Source of the DNA: Erysipelotrichaceae bacterium
GTDB lineage: Bacteria > Bacillota_I > Bacilli_A > RFN20 > CAG-826
Assembly (NCBI GenBank): GCA_034932745.1
Contig: JAYFOJ010000001.1
Span: 69,451 to 133,450, forward strand
DNA length: 64,000 bases
Direction: 5' to 3'
Positions 8,558 through 18,657 of the stretch are shown here, one piece after another. Under the pieces are notes generated by a model. The model ran no database searches. It had not been told where the DNA came from and saw nothing but the letters and a program-made list of their open reading frames with translations. Made by a program: the position numbers and the translations under genes. Within the stretch, counting starts at the first letter, position 1. The number at the start of each line of letters is the position of its first letter.

Positions 8558-10879
8558 TTGCATTATTCATTATTAATAGTTAAAATGCTTTCGTATACTA
8601 TGAATTCAAGTAGTTTAACTATTAGTTACTTAATCGCAGTTTTTGTCTCGCTAGTATTTTTAAGTTTTTTGCTTTTGTCAAAAATTGCAAAAACTAAAAA
8701 AGATAATGCAAATCGCAATCTGAACATCGTGCTTAAGATTGCTTCTTTTGTATTAGTAGGAGTCTTTATTCTGCGCTACATGCTTTCTAGCGATTCAGTA
8801 CGTAATACCTCAAACCTTTTAAATGGAATTTTTGGTAATAATCAAGTGGCGAATGGATTTGCTTTCGTCTTGCTTCTTTTGTATTTTCCGGCACTTTTAA
8901 TCACAATTCTTAGATCCTTTATAGATATCAAAACGCTTAGACTCCTTAACAAATGGTTTGCTTTTCCTATTTCTGTTATTAGTTTTTTATTGATGTTTGT
9001 CTTAGCAAAAGGATTTGAAGATTTCTCTAATATTGATTTAATAAACTGGATGGTTCTAGTGTTGTTCGCAATAGAGATTGGCACAATGCTGTCTGTTTCA
9101 ACAATAAATTTTGTTAAAGATTTCAAAACAGATATAAGGAATAACACAAAGCAAGACATCATCTATGCTGTTTTGATTGGACTGTTGGCGCTAATATATT
9201 GCGCCCCGGCGTATTCATTGCAATATTTATTCGGATCGTACTCTTTAAAGACATATATCATTGATTTAAGTTTCTATCATCGGATATTTGTATATGTAGT
9301 TTTGTTAATACCTGTTGCGATTTATCTAATATATTGGCACCGCAGTGATGAGGAACGAAAAGTTGTAATGCTTATTCTCACGCTTGGCTGTCTAACATCG
9401 TTCTCAATCGATTTCAAAATTATCGACATGTTTACGTTCACGCCAGAGTTTAGCGTTAATGTCACCAGCTTGCCTCTGCACCTTTGCCATACGGCCATGT
9501 ATACGGTTCCACTATGTATTATTTTTAAGAAAAACAAATTCTTTAAAAACTTGTTTTATTTCACATACTTCATCAATGTTTTTGGTGCTCTATGTGCTAT
9601 TCTTGCACCAAATTATGGAGATTCAATTGCTAGTAACTTATTTGGAACTGGACTATGGGTATTCTGGATAAACCATTTCGACGCAATGATGATGCCCTTA
9701 TTAGCGGTGGCGTTTAAAATATTTGCTAGACCGAAGTTTAAATACATGATGTGGTCACTGTTTTTCTTCGCCATCTATTATGTTTGTATTTTATGGTTGG
9801 ATGTATGGTTTGCTAACTACAATCCAAATGTCGATTACTTATTCTTGAACAGTACATTTATTCCTGATAAAGCTGGCAATTTTATCGAACAATTGATAAT
9901 GGTTCCTGCTCAATTCAGTGCTGGAGGACTTACTTTCAAATTCTATCCAATCTATCAAACATTATTCTTTGTAGTTTATATTGCTGTTGCGTTCTCTATG
10001 TGGTACATCTACGAGATTGGTTTTAAAATCGCCGATTCTTATCGCGACATTTATGATCGCAAGCAAATAATCAAAAGAGAAAAACTAGAATTCTTGTCAA
10101 ACAGTAAAACTGTTAAGGGGGATGTCATCATGGAGCAAAAGCACGAGGCAGAATTGGTATTTAAAGACTTTTCTAAGAAATATGGAAATTCTGATGTGTT
10201 CTCCGCTGATCATGTTAATTTGGATGTTCACGCGGGAGAAATCTTTGGTTTCTTAGGACCAAATGGTGCCGGAAAATCAACATGCATAAAGACCGCTATT
10301 GGAATACAACCTATTACATCTGGTCAAATCATTGTTTGTGGCTACGATGTAAAGGCACAGCCTGTCGAAGCGAAAAAGCTCATTGGTTATGTTCCAGACC
10401 ACTATGCTTTATATGAAAAATTAACTGGAAGAGAATACATAAATTACATTGCAGATCTTTACGGTGTAAGCAAAGAAGACCGCAATGCAAAAATTGCAAA
10501 ATATATAGACCTTTTTGAACTATATCAAGCTTTCGATAATAGAATGCAAACGTATTCCCATGGTATGAAACAAAAAATCGCCATCATGGCGGCGCTAGTT
10601 CATAACCCAAAGATATGGATATTGGATGAGCCTCTTACGGGTCTAGATCCAAATTCGATTTATCAAGTTAAAGAATGTATGAAACAACATGCTGCAGAAG
10701 GCAACATCGTCTTTTTCTCAAGTCATATCATCGATGTAGTAGAAAAAATGTGCAACCGAATCGCTGTAATTAAAAAAGGCAAAATATTAGCCGTTAGAAA
10801 TGTTGCAGATGTCGAAAAAGAGTCGAGCCTAGAAGCATATTATATGAATTTAGTTGGTGACAACGGAGACGAAGATTGA
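8558..10879 (+). CDS. fusion protein: ~520 aa polytopic membrane domain + C-terminal ABC transporter ATP-binding domain
   Basis: Many hydrophobic helices in the N-terminal two thirds. C-terminal Walker A (GPNGAGKST), signature-like YSHGMKQK and Walker B (ILDEPLTGLD). Possible TTG start at 8558 with an AAAGGTGG SD. A strong internal SD plus ATG at 10130 is in frame. Confidence 0.75.
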   Translation: MHYSLLIVKMLSYTMNSSSLTISYLIAVFVSLVFLSFLLLSKIAKTKKDNANRNLNIVLKIASFVLVGVFILRYMLSSDSVRNTSNLLNGIFGNNQVANGFAFVLLLLYFPALLITILRSFIDIKTLRLLNKWFAFPISVISFLLMFVLAKGFEDFSNIDLINWMVLVLFAIEIGTMLSVSTINFVKDFKTDIRNNTKQDIIYAVLIGLLALIYCAPAYSLQYLFGSYSLKTYIIDLSFYHRIFVYVVLLIPVAIYLIYWHRSDEERKVVMLILTLGCLTSFSIDFKIIDMFTFTPEFSVNVTSLPLHLCHTAMYTVPLCIIFKKNKFFKNLFYFTYFINVFGALCAILAPNYGDSIASNLFGTGLWVFWINHFDAMMMPLLAVAFKIFARPKFKYMMWSLFFFAIYYVCILWLDVWFANYNPNVDYLFLNSTFIPDKAGNFIEQLIMVPAQFSAGGLTFKFYPIYQTLFFVVYIAVAFSMWYIYEIGFKIADSYRDIYDRKQIIKREKLEFLSNSKTVKGDVIMEQKHEAELVFKDFSKKYGNSDVFSADHVNLDVHAGEIFGFLGPNGAGKSTCIKTAIGIQPITSGQIIVCGYDVKAQPVEAKKLIGYVPDHYALYEKLTGREYINYIADLYGVSKEDRNAKIAKYIDLFELYQAFDNRMQTYSHGMKQKIAIMAALVHNPKIWILDEPLTGLDPNSIYQVKECMKQHAAEGNIVFFSSHIIDVVEKMCNRIAVIKKGKILAVRNVADVEKESSLEAYYMNLVGDNGDED

Positions 10880-12936
10880 TGCCGAGTAATAAAAAGCCGA
10901 AAATTAAAACTCGATTCAAAGATGGCTGGAAAGCACTTTGGATTTTAACCGCTATGCAGTTGAAGGATAGATTCTCTTTCTCATTTTCTGCTGACAAAAA
11001 ATCAGCGATTATGAAAATAGTTGCTTTCGCCCTCGGTTTTATTGTTATTACTGGCATTTGTTACGGATTTATATACCTTTTTGGTTTTTTGAGAATTTTC
11101 TCAATAAATAGTTTTGTTCCCGTTACCGCTATGGTCGTAGTGTTTACAGTAATGATGGGACTATCGATTATCACGTGCATATTTGGTCTTACTGACACTT
11201 TATATTTTTCGGAAGACAATCAGGTTTTGCTGGCTTATCCAGTTCAACCAAACATCGTTTTCCTCTCAAAACTGAATGTATATTACGTTTCCGAAATTAT
11301 TAAGAACTTCTTCTTTATTATTCCTTTATTTATTGCTTACGGAGTTTGCTATAACTTTGTTTGGTTTTATTACCCATGGATTATCTTCTGCTTCTTACTT
11401 ATTTCGCTGATACCAGTTATAGTCGGTGCACTTCTTTCGATTCCGTTTATGTGGCTTAAAGTGTTTTTGAAAAAATATCCAATTATCAATTCCGCTTTGC
11501 TTTTCTCATTATTAATTGCCTGTTTTGCATTTATCGTATTTTTGATTTTCCAATTACCAGAAAACATCAATATTACTTCAGGATGGGGTAATACTTATTG
11601 GGATATTCAAGATTTTTTAAATTCTTGGCGTCAGAATTTTTCGATAATTGATGCGATTGTCATGCTAATGGTCGGTAAAGGCGCTGATCCTTATAATTTT
11701 GCATTATTTAATCAATACACACTACCAATACTCGGAATGATGATACTAGGTTTAATTGTCTTCGGTTTAATTTCATTTCTCATCGCTAAGCCTGTGTTCT
11801 TTAAAATGGCCACCAAACCGTTCGAGTATAGTAAAAAATCAATAACCCACGATTTCAAAGTCTCTAAACAAATTTTAGAAAGTGAAATCGAAAAGATCGT
11901 ATTCAAAATAAAAGGTGAAGAAAAAATTGATGAAACAGTTTATCGGAATGTGCTGAAAAAAGTTTGGAAAGAAAACCTTTTTTATAGAGGAAAAACGACC
12001 CCGAAACGCATTTTGAGAATCTTGAATTCCTCTTCTAAGTATCAGTTTGAATTGATTGAACTCACTGATTTTGAAAATTTAAAAACTAGTGGCCCGCTTT
12101 TTGTAATCACTAAAGAATATGGTGTTAAACACTTAGTTCTTTTGAAAAATTTTAACCACTTTTCGTATCAGCTATTTGATCCGATTCACCTCGAAAAGCA
12201 AAATAGATCATTTTCAAATCCGTTTGTTGCCTCTTTATATAAAGAAGTAATGATTTCGTTAAGAACCCCAGAAATTATTATTTCAAACTTTGCTCTTTTC
12301 TCTATTGCACCAATTGCCATTCTTGCGCTTAATAGAATATTTAGTGCAATGACAACTAAATTGATGGGAAACTACATGATTATTGCTTTCAATATTTTAA
12401 TTATTCTACTAATTATGCTAACTAGTAGTATTGGTTTTGCCTCAATATACTCAAAAGAAGGTAAAACATCCTATCTATTGAAAAGCGCTCCGATTAACTA
12501 TACAAAGAACCTGTTAACCAAACTTGTTATTAACACGTTCATTATGTTCTTGTCTGCAATTGCTACAGGCATCATCTTCTCTTTAACGAATCATCAATTA
12601 TATTTTGGTTCTTGGCTCCTATTCATAAGCATATTCCTTATTTATCTTGGACATGTATTATGGTCTGCCGAACTCGATTTTATGAATCCGCAAGATAAAG
12701 TATATGCTACTACGGGTGGGAGCATTTCTAATCCAAATGAGACAAAATCGACAGTTATTGCTTTTGCGGTATCAATAATTTTTGCTCTAATCGCCTTCTT
12801 CTTGCTAAGCGAATCCAATTCCAGTGCTTTTATTAAGATTTTTATAATCGCGGCAATATTCTTTGCGGCCAGATTATATTTATTCATAACAAGAATTAAA
12901 GTATATAACACCGAAAGAGGGGAACTTGGAAGATGA
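10876..12936 (+). CDS. large ABC-2-like permease (two TM bundles separated by a ~160 aa soluble domain)
   Basis: Size 686 aa. ATGA overlap with the upstream ATPase fusion. Two blocks of about 6 TM helices each. Confidence 0.7.
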   Translation: MMPSNKKPKIKTRFKDGWKALWILTAMQLKDRFSFSFSADKKSAIMKIVAFALGFIVITGICYGFIYLFGFLRIFSINSFVPVTAMVVVFTVMMGLSIITCIFGLTDTLYFSEDNQVLLAYPVQPNIVFLSKLNVYYVSEIIKNFFFIIPLFIAYGVCYNFVWFYYPWIIFCFLLISLIPVIVGALLSIPFMWLKVFLKKYPIINSALLFSLLIACFAFIVFLIFQLPENINITSGWGNTYWDIQDFLNSWRQNFSIIDAIVMLMVGKGADPYNFALFNQYTLPILGMMILGLIVFGLISFLIAKPVFFKMATKPFEYSKKSITHDFKVSKQILESEIEKIVFKIKGEEKIDETVYRNVLKKVWKENLFYRGKTTPKRILRILNSSSKYQFELIELTDFENLKTSGPLFVITKEYGVKHLVLLKNFNHFSYQLFDPIHLEKQNRSFSNPFVASLYKEVMISLRTPEIIISNFALFSIAPIAILALNRIFSAMTTKLMGNYMIIAFNILIILLIMLTSSIGFASIYSKEGKTSYLLKSAPINYTKNLLTKLVINTFIMFLSAIATGIIFSLTNHQLYFGSWLLFISIFLIYLGHVLWSAELDFMNPQDKVYATTGGSISNPNETKSTVIAFAVSIIFALIAFFLLSESNSSAFIKIFIIAAIFFAARLYLFITRIKVYNTERGELGR

Positions 12937-13430
12937 AAAAGCCAATTATAGTGGTGCTCATTATTATTTACATTGCGTCAATTCTCTTCGTTGGGTTCTT
13001 TGGTGTCGAAGCGCATTTTAATGACGTAACTACCTATGTGAATGAGATTGTTTGTATCAATAGGGACCGCTACGACATCGACGGAGAGCAATTGGTATCC
13101 GTTAAGCAAACAAACGAGCATTTGACGACGATTAAGCTATTAGATTTAGGAAAAATATATAAAGACGAAAATAGAAGTTTCAAAATCGACTGGAAAGTTT
13201 TGCCTACTGACGCTACAAACGGAGATATTAGAGTAACTTGCGATGATGATGTGAGATTCACAATCGATAAAGAAAGTGGTTTTGGTGTAGTTCAGGGAAC
13301 AATTCATTTCCTTGGCGAAGAGGCTCCGATTGGTTCAGGAATATTGCCGCTTATTACATTACGAGCTGCCGATGGTGATGGCGCTTATACACAAGTGAAA
13401 ATTATTTATCAGAATTTAGGGGGTGTATAG
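12933..13430 (+). CDS. small N-terminally anchored extracytoplasmic protein (165 aa), third gene of the ABC-like module
   Basis: ATGA overlap with the permease gene. Single N-terminal TM (IIVVLIIIYIASILFVGFFGV). Confidence 0.6.
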   Translation: MKKPIIVVLIIIYIASILFVGFFGVEAHFNDVTTYVNEIVCINRDRYDIDGEQLVSVKQTNEHLTTIKLLDLGKIYKDENRSFKIDWKVLPTDATNGDIRVTCDDDVRFTIDKESGFGVVQGTIHFLGEEAPIGSGILPLITLRAADGDGAYTQVKIIYQNLGGV

Positions 13431-13499
13431 ACCTCAAGACTAGTATGGGTTAAAGTAAGTGTGTGCTTATTTAAATATTTATTATTAAAGGAGAATTAA

Positions 13500-15638
13500 A
13501 TGAACAAAAAAATCTTTCCGTTATTAATTTGCGCAACGATGATCATGTCGGCGTGCGACAATCCAGGTGATTCTTCATCGGATGGAGACACGTCTTCACA
13601 TTCGAGTGAAAGTGGAGACACGTCTTCAAGTACAGAATCAGAAGAACCAGATTCATCGAGCAGCGATCCAGTAGTAAAATTATCGATTTCTGGTTTTGCT
13701 CTTCCTTCCGCAATTGTTAAATTCAATGCGACCATTGCAAGTAGAGAAGATCCAAAGGATGTAGGTAAAGGAACCACCATTTATAGCGAAGACAAATTCT
13801 TTGCTACTGAAGATAATGTATACAAGGTGGGCGATGATAATCCTTTTGTTTTCTTACCAGAAGTTGAAGTTTTGGATGAAAACTTAGACCCGATAACTTT
13901 GACCTCATATCATAGTGTTGTAATAGTTGATATTCTTTTGGAAAATCAATCTTGGCACACACTTGGAGAATCCGAACTTGACAACTTTGTTTCAGTTGAT
14001 AACCAAAATTCAACATTTGATTTTAAAGATGCGGCAGTGGGTGAGACATTTAAATTACATGTTTCTCCAGATGCAAATTATTACACCGTTCCAGCTTTTA
14101 TCACTGAGAAAACATTAACCGTTACCATCGTCGATGGTTGGAACGTTAATACAGTGGCAGAACTATCGATGCTCGATAATTCAAATCCACTTTGGGATGA
14201 TTTCAAAACCGCTCATGGACTCGACAAGACATTTAAACCAAATGGTATTATTTTGCACAATGATATAAAAATAACTGCGAATGATATTCCAGCTGGTTTC
14301 TTATACACCGTAAACGATGTTGTGGAAGCTAGAATGAAAGGTTTAAACAACTATGTTGAAGATCCGACAAATGGCGTTACCAAAGCCTCGATTGTTGGTT
14401 CTTTGAAGGATTATGTTTGTGTTTATATCCACGACACACCATTTGATGGCGAATTCCTCTTCGACGGTAACTATTTTACGATTGACGCAGAAAGTTTACC
14501 TTTAGTAAGAAAATTCCGCGATGAACAAATAGATAACTGGTCAAAATCAGAAGGTTCTCATACTTCTTTGTTTGGCTTTGCGGGAGATGCCGCTGGCGAA
14601 TTAACGACTGCCGGAGATGACGGAGACGAAGCCACAGATGTTGCTATTCCAGCGCAACCAAGCACGCCACAAGGCACCGTCGTTGTGAAAAACATGAACG
14701 TAAAAGGAAATGGTAATAGGTCTAATGCCACAATCAATGCCGGCGGATTTATTTTCTCTAAATGTGGATGCAAATCCATGACATGGGAAAATGTTATTGC
14801 TAGAAAAGTTTTTACAACATTCTTCACTAGAGACAACTACGGTACTGATGAAGATGGAAATAACTACATTAGATATTGCAAAGGTTTTGACTCTTATTCT
14901 TCGATGACATATTTCTGGGCTGCTAAAAATAATTATATGGATCACACCATTTTAAAAAGATCTGGTGGAGCTTTGATTATTTGTGATGAAGTTCTATCTA
15001 TTAGCGGAACCACCGTGGTCGGTCGTCAGACATCTAATTTAGTTGCCGAATCTTGCGAATTAGAGTCATGGGTAAATGGTGGCGAATCTTGGTTCGTTTC
15101 ACATAATGCCTCAGCAAGTATGGCAAGTTTAACCGCTCTTGGACAAATCTTTAGCGGATATGCTGCCGCTCATGTAAATCAAACAAGTCACAACATCGTT
15201 AAAGATGGAAAGATTAATCTCATGGCGCTTTTGATTACAGGCGGAAATGTCTTTGACAATACTTATACACAACTAGAATCGACGATATCGATTAATAATT
15301 CCGCGACACCGCTAGATATAACCAAAATTTTCTCTGAAACTCCATATGGTTATGCTTCTAGTAGTACCGCCGCACTTTTGCTTCAATCAGCCGAGGGTGG
15401 CTATGGTATGTTTAACGGAGTTAGCGACTTCCTTTCTATCGGAAGCGATATGAATCCACGTCAATTCCAAAGTACTGCTACCGATGTGGCTGGTGGAAGC
15501 CAAGATCCTTACGTGATTGAGGCTTGGCAAAATATGCTAAAATTCTTTGATGGTCAATCGATGAACCTTTATTTGAAGCCTACTGCACAATCTAATTTCG
15601 TTGGTTGTGTACTTGGATATTTACCTGTTGCCAACTAA
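13500..15638 (+). CDS. surface lipoprotein with Ser/Asp-rich low-complexity linker
   Basis: Signal peptide with lipobox (IMSAC). SD AAAGGAG precedes the start. Residues 20-60 are an S/D/T/E-rich tract. Size 712 aa. Confidence 0.8.
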   Translation: MNKKIFPLLICATMIMSACDNPGDSSSDGDTSSHSSESGDTSSSTESEEPDSSSSDPVVKLSISGFALPSAIVKFNATIASREDPKDVGKGTTIYSEDKFFATEDNVYKVGDDNPFVFLPEVEVLDENLDPITLTSYHSVVIVDILLENQSWHTLGESELDNFVSVDNQNSTFDFKDAAVGETFKLHVSPDANYYTVPAFITEKTLTVTIVDGWNVNTVAELSMLDNSNPLWDDFKTAHGLDKTFKPNGIILHNDIKITANDIPAGFLYTVNDVVEARMKGLNNYVEDPTNGVTKASIVGSLKDYVCVYIHDTPFDGEFLFDGNYFTIDAESLPLVRKFRDEQIDNWSKSEGSHTSLFGFAGDAAGELTTAGDDGDEATDVAIPAQPSTPQGTVVVKNMNVKGNGNRSNATINAGGFIFSKCGCKSMTWENVIARKVFTTFFTRDNYGTDEDGNNYIRYCKGFDSYSSMTYFWAAKNNYMDHTILKRSGGALIICDEVLSISGTTVVGRQTSNLVAESCELESWVNGGESWFVSHNASASMASLTALGQIFSGYAAAHVNQTSHNIVKDGKINLMALLITGGNVFDNTYTQLESTISINNSATPLDITKIFSETPYGYASSSTAALLLQSAEGGYGMFNGVSDFLSIGSDMNPRQFQSTATDVAGGSQDPYVIEAWQNMLKFFDGQSMNLYLKPTAQSNFVGCVLGYLPVAN

Positions 15639-15646
15639 GAACAAAT

Positions 15647-15678
15647 TAATTTATTAGGGCTTTCCTCGGTAGAAGAAA
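15647..15678 (+). terminator. rho-independent terminator
   Basis: Stem ggctttc/gaaagcc followed by TTTTTTT. Confidence 0.6.
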
Positions 15679-15828
15679 GCCTTTTTTTGTGAAAAAAACA
15701 TTCATAATGTCTTACACTCTACTTTTCGTTTACCATTATTTTTAAATATCTACTCTCTTTTCTATAAAAGTATCGTGAATTAATCTTGATTAATAGTTAG
15801 ATTATGGTTGCGTATTTAGGAGGCCTTT

Positions 15829-16677
15829 ATGAAAATTGCAGTATCAGCTGAATCCACAATCGATTTATCAAAAGCGCAATTAAAGGAATTCGACATTAAA
15901 ATTGTTCCATTTGCGGTTACCCTCGGAGACAAAACTGCTTTCGATGGAGAAATTACTCCTTTAGAAATATTTGATTTCGTCGAAAGAACCGGCGAATTAC
16001 CTCGCACTAGTGCGGTTAATGAATATCAATTCGAAGAACATTTTAAAGAAGTTTTGAAAGATCATGATGCGATAATACATTTCTCTTTAAGTTCGGCCTT
16101 ATCTAGTGCCTATCAAAATGCTGTTTTGGCATCTAAGAAGTTTGAAAATGTATTTGTAATCGACACCAAGAGTTTATCAACTGGGATAGCCTTGTTAGCG
16201 ATATACGCTCATAATCTAGCCCTAAAAGGAGAAGAGCCGAAGAACATCGTCGAGAAATGCATAAAAAGAGTGCCTTTCGTCCAAGCTTCATTCGTTCTTA
16301 ATAACCTAGAGTATTTATATAAAGGTGGAAGATGTTCATCACTACAAAGATTTGGCGTTAACCTTTTCAAAATCCGACCACAAATTCTCGTTGTTAATGG
16401 CGGCATGATATCGGGTAAGATGTACCGTGGAAAAGATAATGTCGTGGTGAAGAAGTACTGTGATGACACTCTGGAATCATTCAATAATCCAGATAAGTCA
16501 TTAGCGTTTGTAACTGCAACCAATTATGAAAATGAAATATATGAAATTGCTGAAAAGTGTTTGCTCGATAAAGGCTTTAAAAAGGTTATTAGAACAACTG
16601 CAGGAAGCACAATAACCAGTCACTGCGGAGATAAAACAATAGGAATTCTCTTTATCAACGACGGCGAGCAAAAATAA
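15829..16677 (+). CDS. DegV family fatty-acid-binding protein
   Basis: MKIAVSAESTIDL start and DegV-like length of 282 aa. SD AGGAGG upstream. Confidence 0.9.
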   Translation: MKIAVSAESTIDLSKAQLKEFDIKIVPFAVTLGDKTAFDGEITPLEIFDFVERTGELPRTSAVNEYQFEEHFKEVLKDHDAIIHFSLSSALSSAYQNAVLASKKFENVFVIDTKSLSTGIALLAIYAHNLALKGEEPKNIVEKCIKRVPFVQASFVLNNLEYLYKGGRCSSLQRFGVNLFKIRPQILVVNGGMISGKMYRGKDNVVVKKYCDDTLESFNNPDKSLAFVTATNYENEIYEIAEKCLLDKGFKKVIRTTAGSTITSHCGDKTIGILFINDGEQK

Positions 16678-16702
16678 TACTTCCTTGTTTTCTTAAATAA
16701 CA

Positions 16703-16725
16703 AGCACTCTAAAGAGTGCTTTTTA
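16703..16725 (+). terminator. terminator hairpin between degV paralogs
   Basis: Stem agcact/agtgct followed by TTTT. Confidence 0.45.
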
Positions 16726-16877
16726 AATACATTTTTGGTTTTTTGCTTATCAAGTTAGTCCAATTCTACTCTCCGTTTAGGCATTTTAAAAAGTTCCACT
16801 ATTTTTTATCTTTCGGTATCGTGCCAAATTTAACAAAAACTTATAAAGTGTGTATTGCCTTTAAAGGAGGTAGCCTT

Positions 16878-17729
16878 ATGAAGATTGGAATTTCAGCAGA
16901 ATCAGCTATCGATTTACCAAAAAACCTTTTGGATGAATATGCGATACAGACTGTACCATTTACTATCACTCTTGGAGATAGAACCGAATTTGATGGAGTA
17001 ATCACTCCTGATCAAATATTTGCTTATGTTGACGAAACAGGAAAACTTCCAAAGACAAGCGCGGTAAACGAATATCAATTCGAAGAACATTTTAATAAGT
17101 TATTAAGCCAATACGACTATGTAATTCATTTCTCTTTAAGTTCAAAGCTTTCAAGCGCATGCGAGAACGCAAGAAAAGTTGCGAGTCATTTAAATGGGCG
17201 CGTTCGAATTATTGACACTCGCACACTTTCAACCGGAATTGCGTTGCTTGCAATATACGCTAGAGAATTAATCGACAAAGGCGAAGATATTGATGCCATT
17301 GTTTCAAAGTGTGAAGCAAGAGTGCCGCACATTCAGGTTTCTTCTGTTATTAACAACTTGAATTATTTATATAAAGGTGGAAGATGTTCTGCTCTACAGA
17401 GATTTGGCGCCAATCTTTTTAAGATTAGACCGCAAATCACTGTTGTAGACGGGGGAATGGCGTCGCGCAAATTATATCGTGGCAAGGACGCTGCAGTGGT
17501 TAAAAAGTACTGCGAAGATACTTTAGAAATGTTTAGTAATCCAGATAAATCAATCGCGTTCGTCACTGCGACGAACTATCCAGATGAAATCATAGATATG
17601 GGTGAAAAACTATTAAGAGATTTCGGTTTTAAAAAGATATTAAGAACAACCGCTGGAAGTACAATAAGCAGTTACTGCGGGGATAAAACAATCGGTGTGT
17701 TCTTTATCGACGATGGCGGAAATAAATAA
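16878..17729 (+). CDS. DegV family fatty-acid-binding protein (paralog)
   Basis: MKIGISAESAIDL start with AAAGGAGG SD at 16863-16870. Clearly paralogous to the upstream degV, with shared NEYQFEEHF and YLYKGGRCS blocks. The track start at 16716 is spurious. Confidence 0.9.
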   Translation: MKIGISAESAIDLPKNLLDEYAIQTVPFTITLGDRTEFDGVITPDQIFAYVDETGKLPKTSAVNEYQFEEHFNKLLSQYDYVIHFSLSSKLSSACENARKVASHLNGRVRIIDTRTLSTGIALLAIYARELIDKGEDIDAIVSKCEARVPHIQVSSVINNLNYLYKGGRCSALQRFGANLFKIRPQITVVDGGMASRKLYRGKDAAVVKKYCEDTLEMFSNPDKSIAFVTATNYPDEIIDMGEKLLRDFGFKKILRTTAGSTISSYCGDKTIGVFFIDDGGNK

Positions 17730-17749
17730 AAGCGCCTCGTAATGAAGCG

Positions 17750-18412
17750 CTATTTCTTATTATCTTTAGGTAGATTCGAATCATCTAACGTTTTGTCTTT
17801 TAACTTTAGCGTTTTTCTTAAAAACTCGGGTATCTTAAGGAAGTACCATAAGATAATCATTATTTGAAATGGTATAGCGATTATAAATACTAAAAATGAA
17901 TTAGGAATCACAAAAATCATTTGCATCGGGATAAAGATACTTAGCGCCACTGTCCATGCAATAAGACTTACACTGATACAAACAAGGATTCGATTTCCCC
18001 ATATTCCAGAGAAAACCGTTAATACAATAGCGCCAGCAACTGATGCAAAAACCCAAGTTAACCACATATATTCACTTAGATTTAGTAAAGATCCAAAAAC
18101 ATAAACAACAGCAGCAACCAGCCAAACTAATACAAATGAAAGAAGAGATACAATTAAGTGTTTTTTCCAACTAGCTGGGTGGTAGGCCTTTCTTTTTTCT
18201 GAAAAGAAGTCAGATAATTGAACTCCGTAAAAATCGGCCAAAGCTTTCAAAACAAAAACATCAGGAGCGCATTCTCCTCTTTCCCATTTAGAAATTGCTT
18301 TGTCAGAATAATTAAACTTCTCAGCGATATCTAATTGAGTAAAACCAGCGGTCTTACGGTAATACACTAAATTGCCTGCAAGTATACTTGCTAAGTCTTT
18401 CTCTTTTGTCAT
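17750..18412 (-). CDS. membrane-tethered XRE-family HTH transcriptional regulator
   Basis: N-terminal HTH_3 (QLDIAEKFNYSDKAISKWERGE) followed by about 4 TM helices. Confidence 0.8.
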   Translation of the reverse strand: MTKEKDLASILAGNLVYYRKTAGFTQLDIAEKFNYSDKAISKWERGECAPDVFVLKALADFYGVQLSDFFSEKRKAYHPASWKKHLIVSLLSFVLVWLVAAVVYVFGSLLNLSEYMWLTWVFASVAGAIVLTVFSGIWGNRILVCISVSLIAWTVALSIFIPMQMIFVIPNSFLVFIIAIPFQIMIILWYFLKIPEFLRKTLKLKDKTLDDSNLPKDNKK

Positions 18413-18657
18413 GCTTATATAATATATTAAAAATATTTAAATGCAAATTGTAGAACTTTTCCCTCTACTCCCAGTAGACCTAACGCGTGAGCGCGAGGAG
18501 CAGAATAGAATTTGTCACTGTTTAGTAAAATTTCATTTGTCTTATTTCTTTTTCGTTTTCACAATGTTAGATTATTTGTAGAGAAAAAAAGGCCTGATAA
18601 TTAAGGCGCTCGAGACACATCTTTGTCTGTTTTTTCTAGCCACTCAAAGGAGAACAT

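Noticed and set aside
16716-16877. N-terminal extension of the second DegV ORF
   Set aside because: The extension spans the terminator hairpin and has no SD. A strong AAAGGAGG plus ATG at 16878 matches the DegV N-terminus of the upstream paralog.
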